A DNA stretch of 64,000 nucleotides from Octopus sinensis (lineage: Eukaryota). Position 1 is the first letter of the stretch. Every line of letters begins with the position of its first letter. Below are positions 12,975 through 27,137 of the stretch, piece after piece. The stretch is taken from positions 49,786,001 to 49,850,000 of the forward strand of contig NC_042998.1 of assembly GCF_006345805.1 (NCBI RefSeq), in the 5' to 3' direction. The notes below the pieces were generated by a model. It made no database searches. It had not been told where the DNA came from and saw only the letters and a program-made list of their open reading frames with translations. Position numbers and translations under genes: made by a program.

Positions 12975-13419
12975 TACTATTATTGTTACTATTATCTTCA
13001 TTGTTATTTCATATTTTCAGATTAATTTGTTATATCTTGTTCATAACAGATGAACAGTTCTGGAACTTAACGATTTTTATCTTACGGTTGAAGCTTTTTA
13101 TAGCGTGAACAGGAAATGAAATGGTTTCTTTTCTTACTGGTGAAAGTACCGCAGTGTTTCAACAATCACACATGTCAACAACAATGACTTCTTCTGCAAA
13201 ATAAGGTCGTGAAGGTTTAGACACGTTGATCGATTTTGGAACATGAAAGCAACTTTTAAAGAACTTATTGGGAAACTGGGTATAAAAAAAAAAACATCGT
13301 TGCGATAGATAAAACCATAACGAAAGAACAAATGCACACATATACATACGCACAACATGCACACAATCTCACATACGTGTGCGCACACATATATTTATAG
13401 ACACACGTATAAGATTATA

Positions 13420-13690
13420 TATATATATATATATATATATTTATTTATCTTTATACACACTTACATATATACACACACATACATACACACACGCACTCAC
13501 ATATATACACACACATACATACACACACGCACTCACATATATACACACACATATATACACATATATACACACATATATACACACATATATACACACACAT
13601 ATATACACACATATATACACACATATATACACACATATATACACATATATACACATACATACATACACACACATACATACACACACGTAC
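13420..13690. repeat. (TA)n/(CA/TA) compound microsatellite
   Basis: Direct reading. Confidence 0.95.
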
Positions 13691-14056
13691 TCACATATAT
13701 TACCACCATTTTTCCATCGTAAACTGAGCGCCAACATAATACATTCACGGTGTATGCCCTTTTGACTGTTGTTGTTTTTGCTTTTATTTTTTATTTGTTC
13801 ACACACACACACACACACACTGTTATTAAGATTAGAATATAATTTACAGAAAATTTGTAACCCTTAGCCAAGGACTGAAAGCTCTATGTTACACATCAGG
13901 AGCGAGGAGCTGTTCGTTATTCTTCTTAAATAATGGCTAAATGAAGATTGCTCTGTAAACTATGGCCGAATGAAGATCGTTCTGTTATATTCTAAATTTT
14001 TTCTTACTACCTAGTACATAAGTATCATAAATTATTTTATAATATTTTTTGTTACT

Positions 14057-14058
14057 TG

Positions 14059-14141
<83 letters not shown>

Positions 14142-14156
14142 GTCTGTCTGTCTGTC

Positions 14157-14217
<61 letters not shown>

Positions 14218-14245
14218 CTGTCCGTCCGTCTGTCTGCCTGTCTGT

Positions 14246-14287
<42 letters not shown>

Positions 14288-14319
14288 GTCTGTCTGTCTG
14301 TCTGTCCGTCCGTCCGTCC

Positions 14320-14380
<61 letters not shown>
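14057..14380. repeat. (TATC)n/(TGTC)n/(TCCG)n tetranucleotide array
   Basis: Direct reading. Similar (TATC)n arrays lie at ~42115-42235 and ~43410-43625. Confidence 0.97.
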
Positions 14381-14381
<1 letters not shown>

Positions 14382-15205
14382 ATGTATGTTTGTGCGTTTA
14401 TGTATATATACTATGTGCATGTAGTTGCATATACAGTGGAGGCAATGTATGAGCTAAGATCCTTAAATACATAGAAATGCTAAAAGTAACAACTGAATCT
14501 CTCTTCGGTTTAACCCATTTCTAACTCAATGTGAACTTCCATGTAGCTGAACCATTTTCTAAATTCGATTTCAAGATATTTCCTCTTCGGCAACAAACGC
14601 ATAAGCTGTATAATCATCGATTATACAGCTTATTCTGTTTATTGCCGAACACCAGTATGATATTTGGTCGCTTCTTTAACGTCAGCGACATTATCGCAAG
14701 CAGTTACGTGCTCAATCGAAGTACGCACGTATTTACTCTGCACTTAGTGACATTGCACTTAGTGGTCACGCAAACGGATCTATGACATGTAACCAAGGGC
14801 GACAATCCAACACAATCTTCGTCCAATCTATCTACCTGCTTGGCAACATCTTATTAAGACAGTCTGATACATTACTATGGTAGTGCGGGTATGCTCCGCC
14901 TTAATGGAAATATAACTCAACATCTTCAAAGTCCTTCTGAATGCTTGTTATGATCGACTGCTTGGCATGATGCACAACCACAAAAAAGATAAGATAATTG
15001 ATGTTACTTCTAAATTTGAGAGCTGAATCTTGAGAGCCTGACAAGCAAATTTTCCAGTGGTGTGTGTGAGGGATAATTTAAGAGCTGACGTGCGAATCAT
15101 TAACCTGCTTTTAAGTATATAAGTAAAATTAATGTCACAACTTGCTTGATATATATATTATATATATATATATATATATAATATATATATATATATTATA
15201 TATAT

Positions 15206-15545
15206 AAACTTAGATAAACTTAGATAGGTTTCGACCACAGATTGGTCCAGGCCATGTCTAACTTAATAGCACCACCTGATAGGATATTCGAATCCTGTTT
15301 AAGTCAAGTTTTGTTCAAGTAGTGAGTTCTTGTTGGGTGAGTTGCATCCAGTTTTGTTCAAGTAGTGAGTTCTTGTTGGGTGAGTTGTATCCAATTATGG
15401 GTGGCTTATCTGGTATTCTTTGAAGGAATCTATCCAGACTCCGTTTAAAGTTGATCGGATGCTTTTCCTCTTTGATCTCCCTCGGGACAATGTTAAATAG
15501 GGCAGGGCCTGTTAAAGTTACTCTAATAAGACAATGTTATGGCCG
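15206..15545 (-). mobile_element. 3' end of a CR1-group LINE with a short tandem tail
   Basis: GPALFNIVPREIK...FKRSLDRFLQRIPDKP...NSLL, a 3' UTR stem-loop and a (TATCTAAGTT)2 tail; contains an internal ~40-bp tandem duplication. Confidence 0.75.
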
Positions 15546-16936
15546 TCTTTAGATAATAGTAATAAATATCTTAATGGAATAACAGTCTACGATTCCTAAG
15601 AAAACAACGATTATTCTAAACAGAAAAAAGCAAAATAAAACTAGCAATTATTGTTTATTGTCTTCAGATATGATTACCATGCTCGAAACTTACTGATACG
15701 TCAAAAATACCGACGTTTACTTGTTCACAACTTCGTCTCTCTCTCTCTCCCCCTCTCTTTCCTCTCCCTCTCTCCCTCTACTGGGTGTACACAAACAAGC
15801 ATACAATTTCTTTTTTTCATGTATTTCAACCATGCGACTGCGATCGTGTTGGAGCACTACAGTGACTCTGAACCCGTTCCAACAGCCCTCGTATGTGGCT
15901 CAATTTTTTCTGCATGGTGAGATTTCATACAACCAACTTGCTTGTACTGTTTCCTGTACAACTGCACTTCTTGATGGGATGTTGGTTCATCTAGTATCTT
16001 GGATGGGAGAATGTCCAATGACACACACCCACACACACCCACACACATACACACATACATACACAAAAACACACACATACATACGCATATACATATTTAT
16101 AGAACATATATATGTTACCCTGTGAACCAAAGTCCATGAATATATACTGAGCCTTTAATACCATTCTTTGTATATCTTGCTAAACCCTGAAGATGTAAAA
16201 TAAACAAGATTATAAAATGTTTCAACAAAGATTTATGTAATTTTCACAGTTATTTGAGGAAACGCGTGTATGTTTTTTTATATAGCATTAAATACCATGC
16301 TGTCTGTTTTGCATAGTATAGACACACACACACACGAACACATGGACTCCCATGATTTCTTGATGACGAAACATACAACAATATGGAAAGATCTACATTA
16401 TGACCATGCTCATAGACCTAGTCGGTAGTTCATCGAAGCATGTAGTCGCACAGACAACTGGAGAAACATCGCAGCTCCTGCCTCTACTATAACTTCGGTT
16501 CCACTGTAAGTACGAAAGTGAAAGACGTCCATTACCGCAGGAGAATGTAACAAACTCAGAAGTTGTCAACACAAAGTCGTCCGTTTATCCGCGATTCAAA
16601 TAAGACCGAGTTTTGGTTTATACACGGGGAATAATGAGTGCAAACGTAAAACTTGTAAATTTCGGCTTTCAGATGTAAAGCTAACATATAATAATATTAT
16701 CATTGACTGCAACAGAATATTGGAGGAAAGATATAACAGAATGTTCGGAACGATGTGATCTCGTGACTATTTACATAGTTTTAAGCTGAAGCAGGATTAT
16801 CTAAAAGTAGATTTCAGGTAAAACAATAATCCGCTGGACGTTTGACATTTAAACGATTCGATGAGAATTATTTATATGTCTGACCGACATATTAATTCAG
16901 ATTCTACTTTCGCTGCACTAGAGAGCTTGCAATAGT

Positions 16937-17003
<67 letters not shown>

Positions 17004-17016
17004 CACACACACACAA

Positions 17017-17047
<31 letters not shown>

Positions 17048-17082
17048 CACACACGCACACACACACACGCACGCACACACAC

Positions 17083-17115
<33 letters not shown>

Positions 17116-17499
17116 CACACAGAGGCATACATACGTACATGCACATTTATTAACTACAAGATTTGATAAAAAGATCGAACCAGGTACAAGCTGAAAGAGA
17201 GTACGGGAATATAAAAAAAACGTGTCAAAAATGGAAAATTAAAAAATATTCAAATATAAAAATCAGCACAGCAGAGGAACTAGAAACCTCCGAGTGTTAG
17301 TTGTGAAAACCGATAAAAATCACGATCATTATGACCACTAAGTCAAGTAATCTCTCTCACTCGTTCTCCTCCAATTTACATGCGCATGCTCAGAACAGGC
17401 CCCTGCACGCAGACTTTTTACGTCTCTTTTTTTCCACATTTCAATAAATTTACTGGAAGCAGGACTTCCGGCTCTTTCCTTTACAAACGAAACTTGAAA

Positions 17500-17885
17500 A
17501 AGTTGATAAGTGATTGGTCAAAGAGGGAAGTATTATTTTCATCCTTTTTAATGTCGTTCTGCGTGTCTTTCACCACACAACCACTCTCGCCAAAATCATC
17601 AGGCGCAGAAATCTTTACAAGTGGCCCAGATAATAACTGAATCCGTCCTATCAAGAAACACTTTCGACACAATTTTACGAGGAACTGGACGAATGCATGC
17701 AGAACGTGTACAACCTGACTGGCAAAGGTGACAGTAATTCCTTGTCTGCAGATTTTCTGTCGAACCGGTAATGGCCTCTCCCTAAGGGATTTCTGGGGAT
17801 TGTCTATAGGCTCGGCTCCGACAGTTAATAGATCAGCAATTTTCATCGATACTCTGAGTTACTGCCAGAATGTCCTCGATCTTGT
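17500..17885 (+). pseudogene. Possible highly decayed APE-endonuclease fragment of an L2/CR1 LINE
   Basis: Across frameshifts: RP..QFYEELDE..GDSN, then LRDF.GL...APT...NVLDLV, resembling the YRPP/GDFN/PT/LDLV motif order. Confidence 0.3.
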
Positions 17886-17946
17886 ATGTATGTATGTATG
17901 TATGTATGTTGATGTATGTATGTATGTATGTATGTATGTATGTATG

Positions 17947-18043
<97 letters not shown>

Positions 18044-18842
18044 CAAAATGGGACAAGAACGCAAAACATCCGGACAGTTAGATGATACAAAATGGAACAA
18101 CAAAGCATTCAGATAGACGATACAAAGAAAACAAGGACGGGTCATTCGGAGTTTTCTTTCCTCAGTCGAGTAGCAGATTATCATCGCAATTTCGGCTGAC
18201 AGACGTGCATGACACACATATTCAGTGGTGCGAAAACATCCTGACCTACTTAAGATACAACTGATTGTAATAAACAAATTATTTCCCTTAAAGTCTTGAA
18301 AGGTCACTTTAACTTTAATTGATCTCTGCTATCATTTGCTTTGATATTTCATGTTCTCTCACCAAAAGTATAATTTAAGAACAGTTCAACTTGCACTTGA
18401 CCCTACGTAGTATTGTCAGCCTTTGGACGGGCAGTTGGGGGGGTCTGTTTTCTTTGTAACACGTGCTGATGACGCTAAGGTAATTTATTTAAATTAATTA
18501 ATTTATTTTGCCAGTAAAGAAACCGGTCAACGTGAGTCCTTATACTTAAAATGTACGTTAAGAGATTTTATGAACCTAATCTGCTTTCGGTTGATTTCTG
18601 TAGTTATCATCAGTGTAATTTTGGCGATTTAAATAAGAGTTTTGATTGTTTTTTCCAGCAGGCAGACATACTTAGTATGTCCTTTGATTAATTTTAATTT
18701 TAATCCTTCAGCTGTTTAATGCTTTTCTTGGGCTTGTGATCGCCTATATTATTAATTCTGATATTATCATTTTTTAAAAAAGGTCATTCCAGATGATAAC
18801 AAAATCAAAATCAATAATTTTCGGGAATTATATTTGCCCTAA

Positions 18843-18895
<53 letters not shown>

Positions 18896-18947
18896 TGTGT
18901 GTGTGTGTGTGTGTATACATATGCATGTACGTATGTATATATATATG

Positions 18948-18984
<37 letters not shown>

Positions 18985-18992
18985 AATAGACA

Positions 18993-19037
<45 letters not shown>

Positions 19038-19184
19038 CAAAAAGCAGATAGATTGCTTGATGACAGAACCGTCAGGGCGCCTGGAAAAATAATGCTCACC
19101 ATATATTTCGGATCTCCCTTCCAGTCCCAGAGTCGATAAAAAGTGTTTCAGAACCAGTTATGCATCAATAGTAATTTAATGGAA

Positions 19185-19400
19185 GGTGGCGAGCAGGCAG
19201 AATCGTTACCGTCCCGGGAAAAATGCTTAGTGGCATTTGGTCTGTCTTAACGTTCTGTGTTCAAATCCCGCTGAGGTCGACATTGCCTTTCATCTTTTCG
19301 GAGTCACGAAATAAACACTAGTAGAACACTTGGGTCGATGTCATAGACTTACCCACTCCCTCGAAGTTGCTGGCCTTGTGCCAAAATATGAAACCAATAT
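19185..19400 (+). mobile_element. Type M SINE (diverged)
   Basis: Head, core and GGCCTTGTGCCAAAAT tail. Confidence 0.85.
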
Positions 19401-19722
19401 TAATTTAATCGACTATAAATTAGAAGCTGGTGTATACACGGCAACTCTAAATCATATTCAGCTACTTTCTGATAGCTCTTATGATATTGATACCAAAATA
19501 TACCAGCCACTGCTCTTCCTAGAAGAATCAAGTGACGCGTGGAGATTGAAGACCTGTTGAATAGGCAATTAATGGTCTCCCATACGACCTTTCCCATATC
19601 GATGTTCGGAAGAGATCACTTCATATTTGTCTTATTGCATCCTATAAGCATACGTAGGTAAACAATAACTTTCAAGTGCAGACGCATGTTCTCATGGGGC
19701 AGAGGGGTACCCAAGAAAATGA

Positions 19723-19767
<45 letters not shown>

Positions 19768-19792
19768 TATATATTATATATATATATATATA

Positions 19793-20302
19793 CTAGCAGT
19801 ATCGCCCGGCGTTGCTCGGGTTTGTAAGGGAAATAACTATATAAGCATTTTTAGAGTTACTTCCCTTATAGATGCCAATTCGGGCTTTCTTAGCCATTTC
19901 TGTTTTGGTGTCTTCAAGTCATGAAGTCGTTGTTCTAAAAGAACGCTGGTCTCCTTGACAACGCTTTACGACGTTGATTTCCTTACACTCCCTTCCCCAC
20001 AGCTTCACGAGGAGGGAAGAAGGGGAGAAGCAAACAGGTGCAGGTTGTGACCATGGACGCCAACTCCGCCGCCATCGACACACGAAATATTATGCATTAA
20101 AATGGAATAAAAAATGATGTAAATTATTTTTAAAATCGTAGACTCATCGTAGACGCGCGCTAATAGTCAGACGGGCTCGATATGAATCACGACTATAAGA
20201 TACCCGAATTTGGTTAAACTGCAACCGCAAAATGTGGGAGGAGTTAGGAATCTAAATCGAAGGGGACAGACACTCACACAACTAGAGTTTTATATATATA
20301 GA
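19793..20302 (-). mobile_element. Non-autonomous Helitron, copy 1 of a head-to-tail dimer
   Basis: 5' TCTATATATATAAAA; 3' CCCG..CGGG hairpin followed by CTAG|T. Confidence 0.85.
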
Positions 20303-20810
20303 CTAGCAGTATCGCCCGGCGTTGCTCGGGTTTGTAAGGGAAATAACTATATAAGCATTTTTAGAGAGTTACTTCCCTTATAAATTCGGGCTTTCATAGC
20401 CATTTTTGTTTTGGTGTCTTCAAGCCATGAAGTCGTTGTTCTAAAAGAACGCTGGTTTCCTTCACAACGCATTACGACGTTGATTTCTTTACACTTCCTT
20501 CCCCACAGCTTCACGAGGGAGGGAAGAAGGGAAGAAGCAAACAGGTGCAGCTGTGAGCGTGGACGCCAACTCCGCCGCCATCGACATACGATGCATTTTA
20601 TGCATTAAAATGGAATAAAAAATGATGTTAAATTATTTTTAAAATCGTAGACTCATCGTTGACGCGCGCTAATAGTCAGACGGGCTCGATATGAATCACG
20701 ACTATAAGATACCCGAATTTGGTTAAACTGCACCGCAAAATGTGGGAGGAGTTAGGAATTTAAATCGAAGGGGACAGACACTCACACAACTAGAGTTTTA
20801 TATATATAGA
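20303..20810 (-). mobile_element. Non-autonomous Helitron, copy 2 of the dimer
   Basis: A|TC 5' end at 20810; its 3' CTAG abuts the TC of copy 1 directly. Confidence 0.85.
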
Positions 20811-20858
20811 TATATATATATATATACGCATGCATGTATGTGTAAGTGTGTGTGTATG

Positions 20859-20889
<31 letters not shown>

Positions 20890-21136
20890 GTGCAGGGATT
20901 ACATGTAGTAATTCGATCGTAAGAAATCTGGCGCATGATGCAAGTTATAAATCTGTTTAGTTGTACTCGAAAGTCTAATACTCAAAGAATCTAAACTTCC
21001 CTTCACCATCGTATAGATGTCACGCCAGCTTTACAATACATACATACATACATACATACATACATACATACATACATACATACATACAAGACAGACAGAC
21101 AGACATACACGCGTACATACACATATAAATACGTAC

Positions 21137-21204
<68 letters not shown>

Positions 21205-23088
21205 ATGCTATATACATAATATATGTACATACATTTATATATTATATATACATATGTATGTGTGAGTGTATGTATTTCTACGGATTATTTCTGTGGCATA
21301 TGTTACACTTGTTATTAGACTAGTGGTTGTCTGACATTATTGTGTCTACATGTGTATGAATCTGTGTCCCTGCGCGCGTGTGTGTGAGTTTATGTGTGTG
21401 TGTGCGTGTGTGTGTATGTGCGTGCGAATGTGATATCAATTTGACTTAGGCTAAGAATGCTGTTTATTTCACTTGACGAGGATTGGTAAGACATTTGCCA
21501 AGGGATTGTTAAGGAGATGAGAAATCGATGGCAGCGGATTTAAAATAAAATCTCTCCCCGTTTCTACAAAAGAAAGAAAGATAAAATCACTGAAAGTAAG
21601 AAAGTTATGTAAAGAATATGAAATAAGCTATTTTAAAGCCAGTTGTTTGAAGGATTAATGTAAATATGAAGTAGTATTATAGAGTTGAAAAACATATATT
21701 GATTTTTTTTTATATATAGTCACGAAGGACTCTGGTTTGTATAGCTGGGAAATAAGTTTGCGTGTATTACAGTTTATGTGTTTCTTAACTGAATTAGTTC
21801 ATCTAAGATAAATTGTTGCGATAGAGAATTGAAATCGTGTCACTTTCCAGACTTTAGCAACAGTTGCATTTGTTTTCCGTTGTCGAAGCTTAAAGGTCAT
21901 ATATTATTGATAGAAACGAAATGGAAATATGTTCTCCATGTGTTTACGACTTACTGCGAGTCTCGTCTTTGATATATGGCTTCTATAAATAAAAGATCTA
22001 GCGTCGTCAACTTATACTGCCGCAAGCTTACATCTGACCAATTGAGTTTTAAAGACATACATATGGTGGCCTCTGGTTATAGCCGTTAATACAAGGGTGA
22101 TAACTATACCAGCACAACGTGAGTCGGAATTAGGAATTTGAATTTGAAATTAAGGAATACAAGAGAAGTTGCATAGAAATCCATGTACTTAACGTTTATT
22201 GGATATGATTTTTGCTTATGAAGTTACAAGAACTCAGATTGATAAGGTTTGTGGTATGACATTGTATGACTTGAAGAAGGTAGTTATAACCAAGGATCGC
22301 AAAGCACTTGGCTACTAAAATAAATTTAACATAAAGAAATGCCGGTGGAATGGAGTATGATTAGCATCTTTGATATTTTCATATCCTCACAAAGATATAA
22401 ATCATTGACGTTTATGTCCAGCTATAAGGCCTGCGGGTTGATGACTTTAAGAAAACAGAACTAATTAAATATGCACTTAGATGAGTCAAGCAGTGTTTAG
22501 CATAAAATGAACATTGCTTAGTTAATGATAAGCTATCAAAAGTACAAATGTGAAAAATTAAGCTAATCACTAGAGTGTTTAATTTATGGCTACTTTATAC
22601 TGTACTTGGATATTCTATGCCATTGATTAAGAAGAAAACAAGAAGCGTTTTCTCCGAGGAGCGATCTATGAACTGTGAAACGGTCCGTTAGAAGACTTCC
22701 ACCATTTTTTTTCTGCACATCAAAAACTTCGAATGAATTTGCTCACGTCCTTGCATTTGACTTACGTACTTAAAATAAATTCAATCCTTCTGATTCATGT
22801 AATATTCCTGACTAGGAAGGAAAAGCTGGTTTATATGCAGTGAAAATCTTAGTCTACTGGTGAAACTCGGTGTAGATTATGAACCAAAGTATAAATAAAT
22901 GCATGTATAAATCAATTCATTAAGCATGTAAAATAAAGGGATTCTATGGTGTTGCCTTACTGAGGAATTATCGAGCGAATATTTCAGCGCATGGTCTGAG
23001 AATGATGTGTGTGTGTGTATGTTTGTGTGAGAGATAGATAGATAGATAGAGTGTGTGCCTGTGCTTGTGTGTTATTGATGAGGAGATA

Positions 23089-23250
23089 TATTTCTTTATT
23101 ACCCACAAGGGGCTAAAGATAGAGGGGACAAACAAGGACAAAGTATTAAATCGATTATATCAACCCCAGTGCGTAACTGGTACTTAATTTATCGACCCCG
23201 AAAGGATGAAAGGTAAAGTCGACCTCGGCGGAATTTGAACTCAAAACGTA
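23089..23250 (-). mobile_element. Type M SINE fragment
   Basis: B-box, core and middle region on the minus strand. A further head fragment lies at ~23865-23950. Confidence 0.85.
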
Positions 23251-25412
23251 TAGAAAGGTGGTGCGGGGTAGCAAGAATTGCGTACGAAACTTACTGGTTC
23301 AGTGGAACAGAAGAATTTTAATTGTAGTATAAAAAGCAACGAGACGGCACAGAGCGTCAGTAGCAAGCGTGTCGTTATACTGCGTCCATGGCAGTTAGCG
23401 GAACGACAGTTTTGGATAACACTGTTGCTTCGCTCAAGTCTTGATCAAGTAGATCAATGACCAATGACCAAATTCCAACAGGCTATTCCGCATATTTAAA
23501 ATTACTTAGGACTACATTATCTACTATATCATTCTTATTAATTTTTTTTTGAAGATAGCATAGGAAAAGGATTTTGCTGTATTTCTAGTAGGGACATCTT
23601 CAAAGACCACTTTGATTAGAGGTACTGTGTTTCGCATTCCAGATTTGTATAGGGGTCAGTAACTTTAAGGAAGTGAGTAAATTCGGTCCTTTAGACAATT
23701 GATTAAAATAATTCTATGAAGTTAAGGAATAATTATAAGAATTTAAAGAACATGAATGCGGTTATTTTTATATAAAGTTTTTGGAATAAGTGGTAAGTCT
23801 GAGTATTTATACATTATGTACTTATCTTAAAATATATGTTAGATAATATATTGGTTTTAAGTTTTGGCGGATTTGAACTCAGAACGTAAGGACCGACGAA
23901 ATGCTGGTCAGCATTTTGCGGGAATGCTAACGATTCTGCCAGCTGCCACCTAATATGCGTTAGATGATATATTAAGATCTTTTTTATAGCGAAGATGGTT
24001 TATACGCAGTGAAAATCTTAGTTTACTGGTGAAACTTATGGTAGATTATAAAGTAAAGTTTGAATAGGTGATGTGTCAATTTGTAAGTTATTGTAATGCA
24101 AATGATTGGTGGTAATGTTGGTCCAGTGATATATTCTTCTCCCAAGGCAAGTGTTAAAATGTTGAACTTTCGTTTGCAAAGGCACAATCATCAGATGTAT
24201 CGAATACTTTTCAGAGCATTAACTTCTTTGAGACAACCTGAGACTATATACCACTGAAACATGTTTTCAGAAGGTCTACTGTATGCTGGTGGTCCTAAGC
24301 ATACTTTCCTGTGCAACGTGGATTAAGTGCCACTCTAATACCACTCACGTTCAGCACTATAAACCTCACGATAAAATTCTGTTTCAATTCGATTTTAATA
24401 CTCCCAGGCGTTACCAGCACGTGATAAAGCGAATCAACATGGGGTTTCATTTAAGTGAATTTGTAATAAGAATTGACTATCTTAGGTCCTATTTCAACGC
24501 TGTGTTTTCGTAAGTAATTGTGTGCATCCTGAATACGATTCCGTCAAAACGTATGAATATTATCTTTCAAACTCTAAAACAAATAGAATAGTATTACTCT
24601 AAGACATATAAAAAACCTCTCTTCAAAATTAGAAGCAATTTGTGCAGCTATATTAAACAAGACGTTACTCAATTTCAGTTGATGTATAGATTTAACATTT
24701 ACTTTTATTGTACCTACCAATAACTTTTAAGAAGACAAACCATTTCCAATAAAGAAAACAATGCATTATTTTTATCTAATAGTAGATTTTCATTGAAACA
24801 ATTTTGCTTTCTAAATCATAACCGAACGAATATTTTCTCGACGATACACCTAATAAACCTATATTTTGTGTTATACAATGTCGTCTGCCAGACAAACAAG
24901 CTTTTAAGTGATTTGTATTGATTTGTCGTTGATATTGCAGCGTTTCCTTCTTAGCCGATAAGACAGTGAAAGAATCGATATGACATAGTTTTGAGTCGAA
25001 CTTTTGGCGACATAGAATTCTGACATACGCACAAAAGAGATTGGGAAAAAAATACTAGGATTGGCATACAAAAATATAATTATGAAATGATTGAAAATGG
25101 CAGAAGCAATAAAAATGGTTGGTGGGGTCTAATGTTTCTTGAAATCAAAGTCTCAGCAACATGTCAACTTTGTTGAAGTTTCGATAACCTAACATATGTT
25201 TTTTAAATTTCCTTTCTCGTGGACAGACAGATCAATTTCAGTTTTAATGTGGCGTTCACTCGAAGTTATTTTACTTTGTTTCTTGCATTTAGGGTGCTTG
25301 CTTCCAAACGAAATAAAATCACCAGATATTTTTCTGAGGATACTCCTGTGTAAAGTTTATTTCCTTCCCTACAACATAGAGATTAGTAAATAGCATAACA
25401 TGTTGAGCGTCA

Positions 25413-25630
25413 GACGGCGAGCTGGCAGAATCGTTGGCATGTCGGTCAAAACGTGTAGCGGCATTGCGCTCGTCCTTACGTTCTGAGTTCAAATTCTGCC
25501 GAGGTCGACTCTACCTTTCATCCCTTTCGGGGTCGCTAATATAAGTACCAGTTGATCACTGGGGTCGATGTAATCGACTTACCCTCTCCTTCAAAATTGC
25601 TAGCTTTGCGCTAAAATTTGAAATCGATAT
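25413..25630 (+). mobile_element. Type M SINE
   Basis: Head, core and tail. Confidence 0.87.
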
Positions 25631-26029
25631 TTAGTTACATTCGTTTACACAATCGGCTTTGTGCTTCATATCTCCGAGTATAATAAAAGATGTACCCGTC
25701 GTCTATTACAGTGCTTCACAGTAACAAGATCCCAGTCGTTGAAATCAATAAACATTATGAATTTATTTGGAATTTAAAGTCATAACTAATAACGAGTATC
25801 TGCAAATCGTCTCACCAATTAAACAAGTTGTCTTTCAGAAAAAAAGGTTAATTACATATAATTCTGAGAATGTTATCAATCGGTAATTCAATATTCCGTC
25901 CTCCTACTCTTCAAGAACTGCTTCCTTTCAACTTCCAAAAATCTCTCTTGCTCACTTTCTTTTATAATTATGAAAATAATGCATTTAGTTACATAGTCAT
26001 TTCTTTTCCATTATTTTTTTCTAGTAAAA

Positions 26030-26410
26030 GGCAGCGAGCTGGCAGAAACGTTAGCACGCCGGGCGAAATGTTTGCGATATTTCGCCTGCCTTTACGATCT
26101 GAGTTCAAATTCCGCCGAGGTCGACTTTGCCTTTCATCCTTTCGGGGTCGATAAATTATGTACCAGTTATGTACTGAGTCGATCTAATCGACTGGGCCCC
26201 TCCCCCAAAATTTCGGGCCTTGTGCCTAGAGTAGAAAAGATTATTTTTCTCTACTAAGCCGGCGAGCTGGCTGAATCGTTAGCACGCCGGGCGAAATGCT
26301 TAGTGGTATTTCGCCTGCCAGTTGAGTACCAGTTGATTACTGGGTCGATGTAATCGACTTGCCCTTTCCCCAAAATTTCAGGCCTTGTGTCTATAGTAAA
26401 AAATATTATT
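26030..26410 (+). mobile_element. Two tandem type M SINEs (26030-26245; 26257-26410 with core deletion)
   Basis: Two heads and two tails; the second lacks the B-box/core segment. Confidence 0.87.
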
Positions 26411-27137
26411 ATTCTCTACCATTGCTTATTCTCCAATTCTAACAACCACCACTTCTCACTTTCTTTTTTTCGTTGCCGCCTCTTTTGATCTGGTGTTATA
26501 TATAGGTTCATAGAGATTTTAGCGTAAGAGGGAAGCATGTTCAGAAAACGGATGTTCTTTGAATTAAACAATGTATGTGAGGTGTGTGTATGTACGTATG
26601 TACACAAATGTGTGTGTGTGTGTGTTTGCATATGTATACATACATACATATATACATACATACATGCACACACACACATATATATTTATATATATACGTA
26701 GTCGATGGACGCCCAGTCCGTGACTCTCGCTAACTCATGTACACACACATAGAAATATTAGTGTTTAAATAGGAGAATGAACATGATAAGTAGTTGTCGG
26801 GGGGTGGGTGGCCGGTAAATCTGGAGTTGGTTTACATAGGCATGTGTGTGTGTGAGTGAGTGTGTGTATATGTGTGTCTGTGTGTGTTACTTAATGCATA
26901 TACACCTTTGACTGGCAAGTTGCTGCAGTATTGGTTGAAAATAAAAGCTATGAAAGACGCACCATGTTTAAAGACATATTAAATATACTGAAGAGAGAAT
27001 ATAAATGTTCCTGGTAGTGGCTATCAAGGACACCAGATGTAGTTCGGCCTTCTTTAGCCTTATCAATGACGTGTTCCCGTAACCACATGCCCCAGCGTTA
27101 CCGGAGTACTTTTTCGTCTCTCTCTGAAATACTTTAA

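Noticed and set aside
15225-15265. GACCA/TGGTC stem followed by GAAAC as a hammerhead
   Set aside because: There is no CUGANGA or UUGANAA core; it is better explained as the LINE 3' UTR stem-loop.
16187-16275. CTGAAGA...GAAACGCGTG hammerhead-like motif
   Set aside because: Position 17 is G and neither stem I nor stem II pairs convincingly; at most a dead remnant.
17481-17846. 121-aa minus-strand ORF
   Set aside because: No recognisable domain; the plus strand shows weak LINE-endonuclease motifs instead.
24150-24200. Minus-strand CTGATGA...GAAA
   Set aside because: U16.1 is missing and stems I and III do not form.
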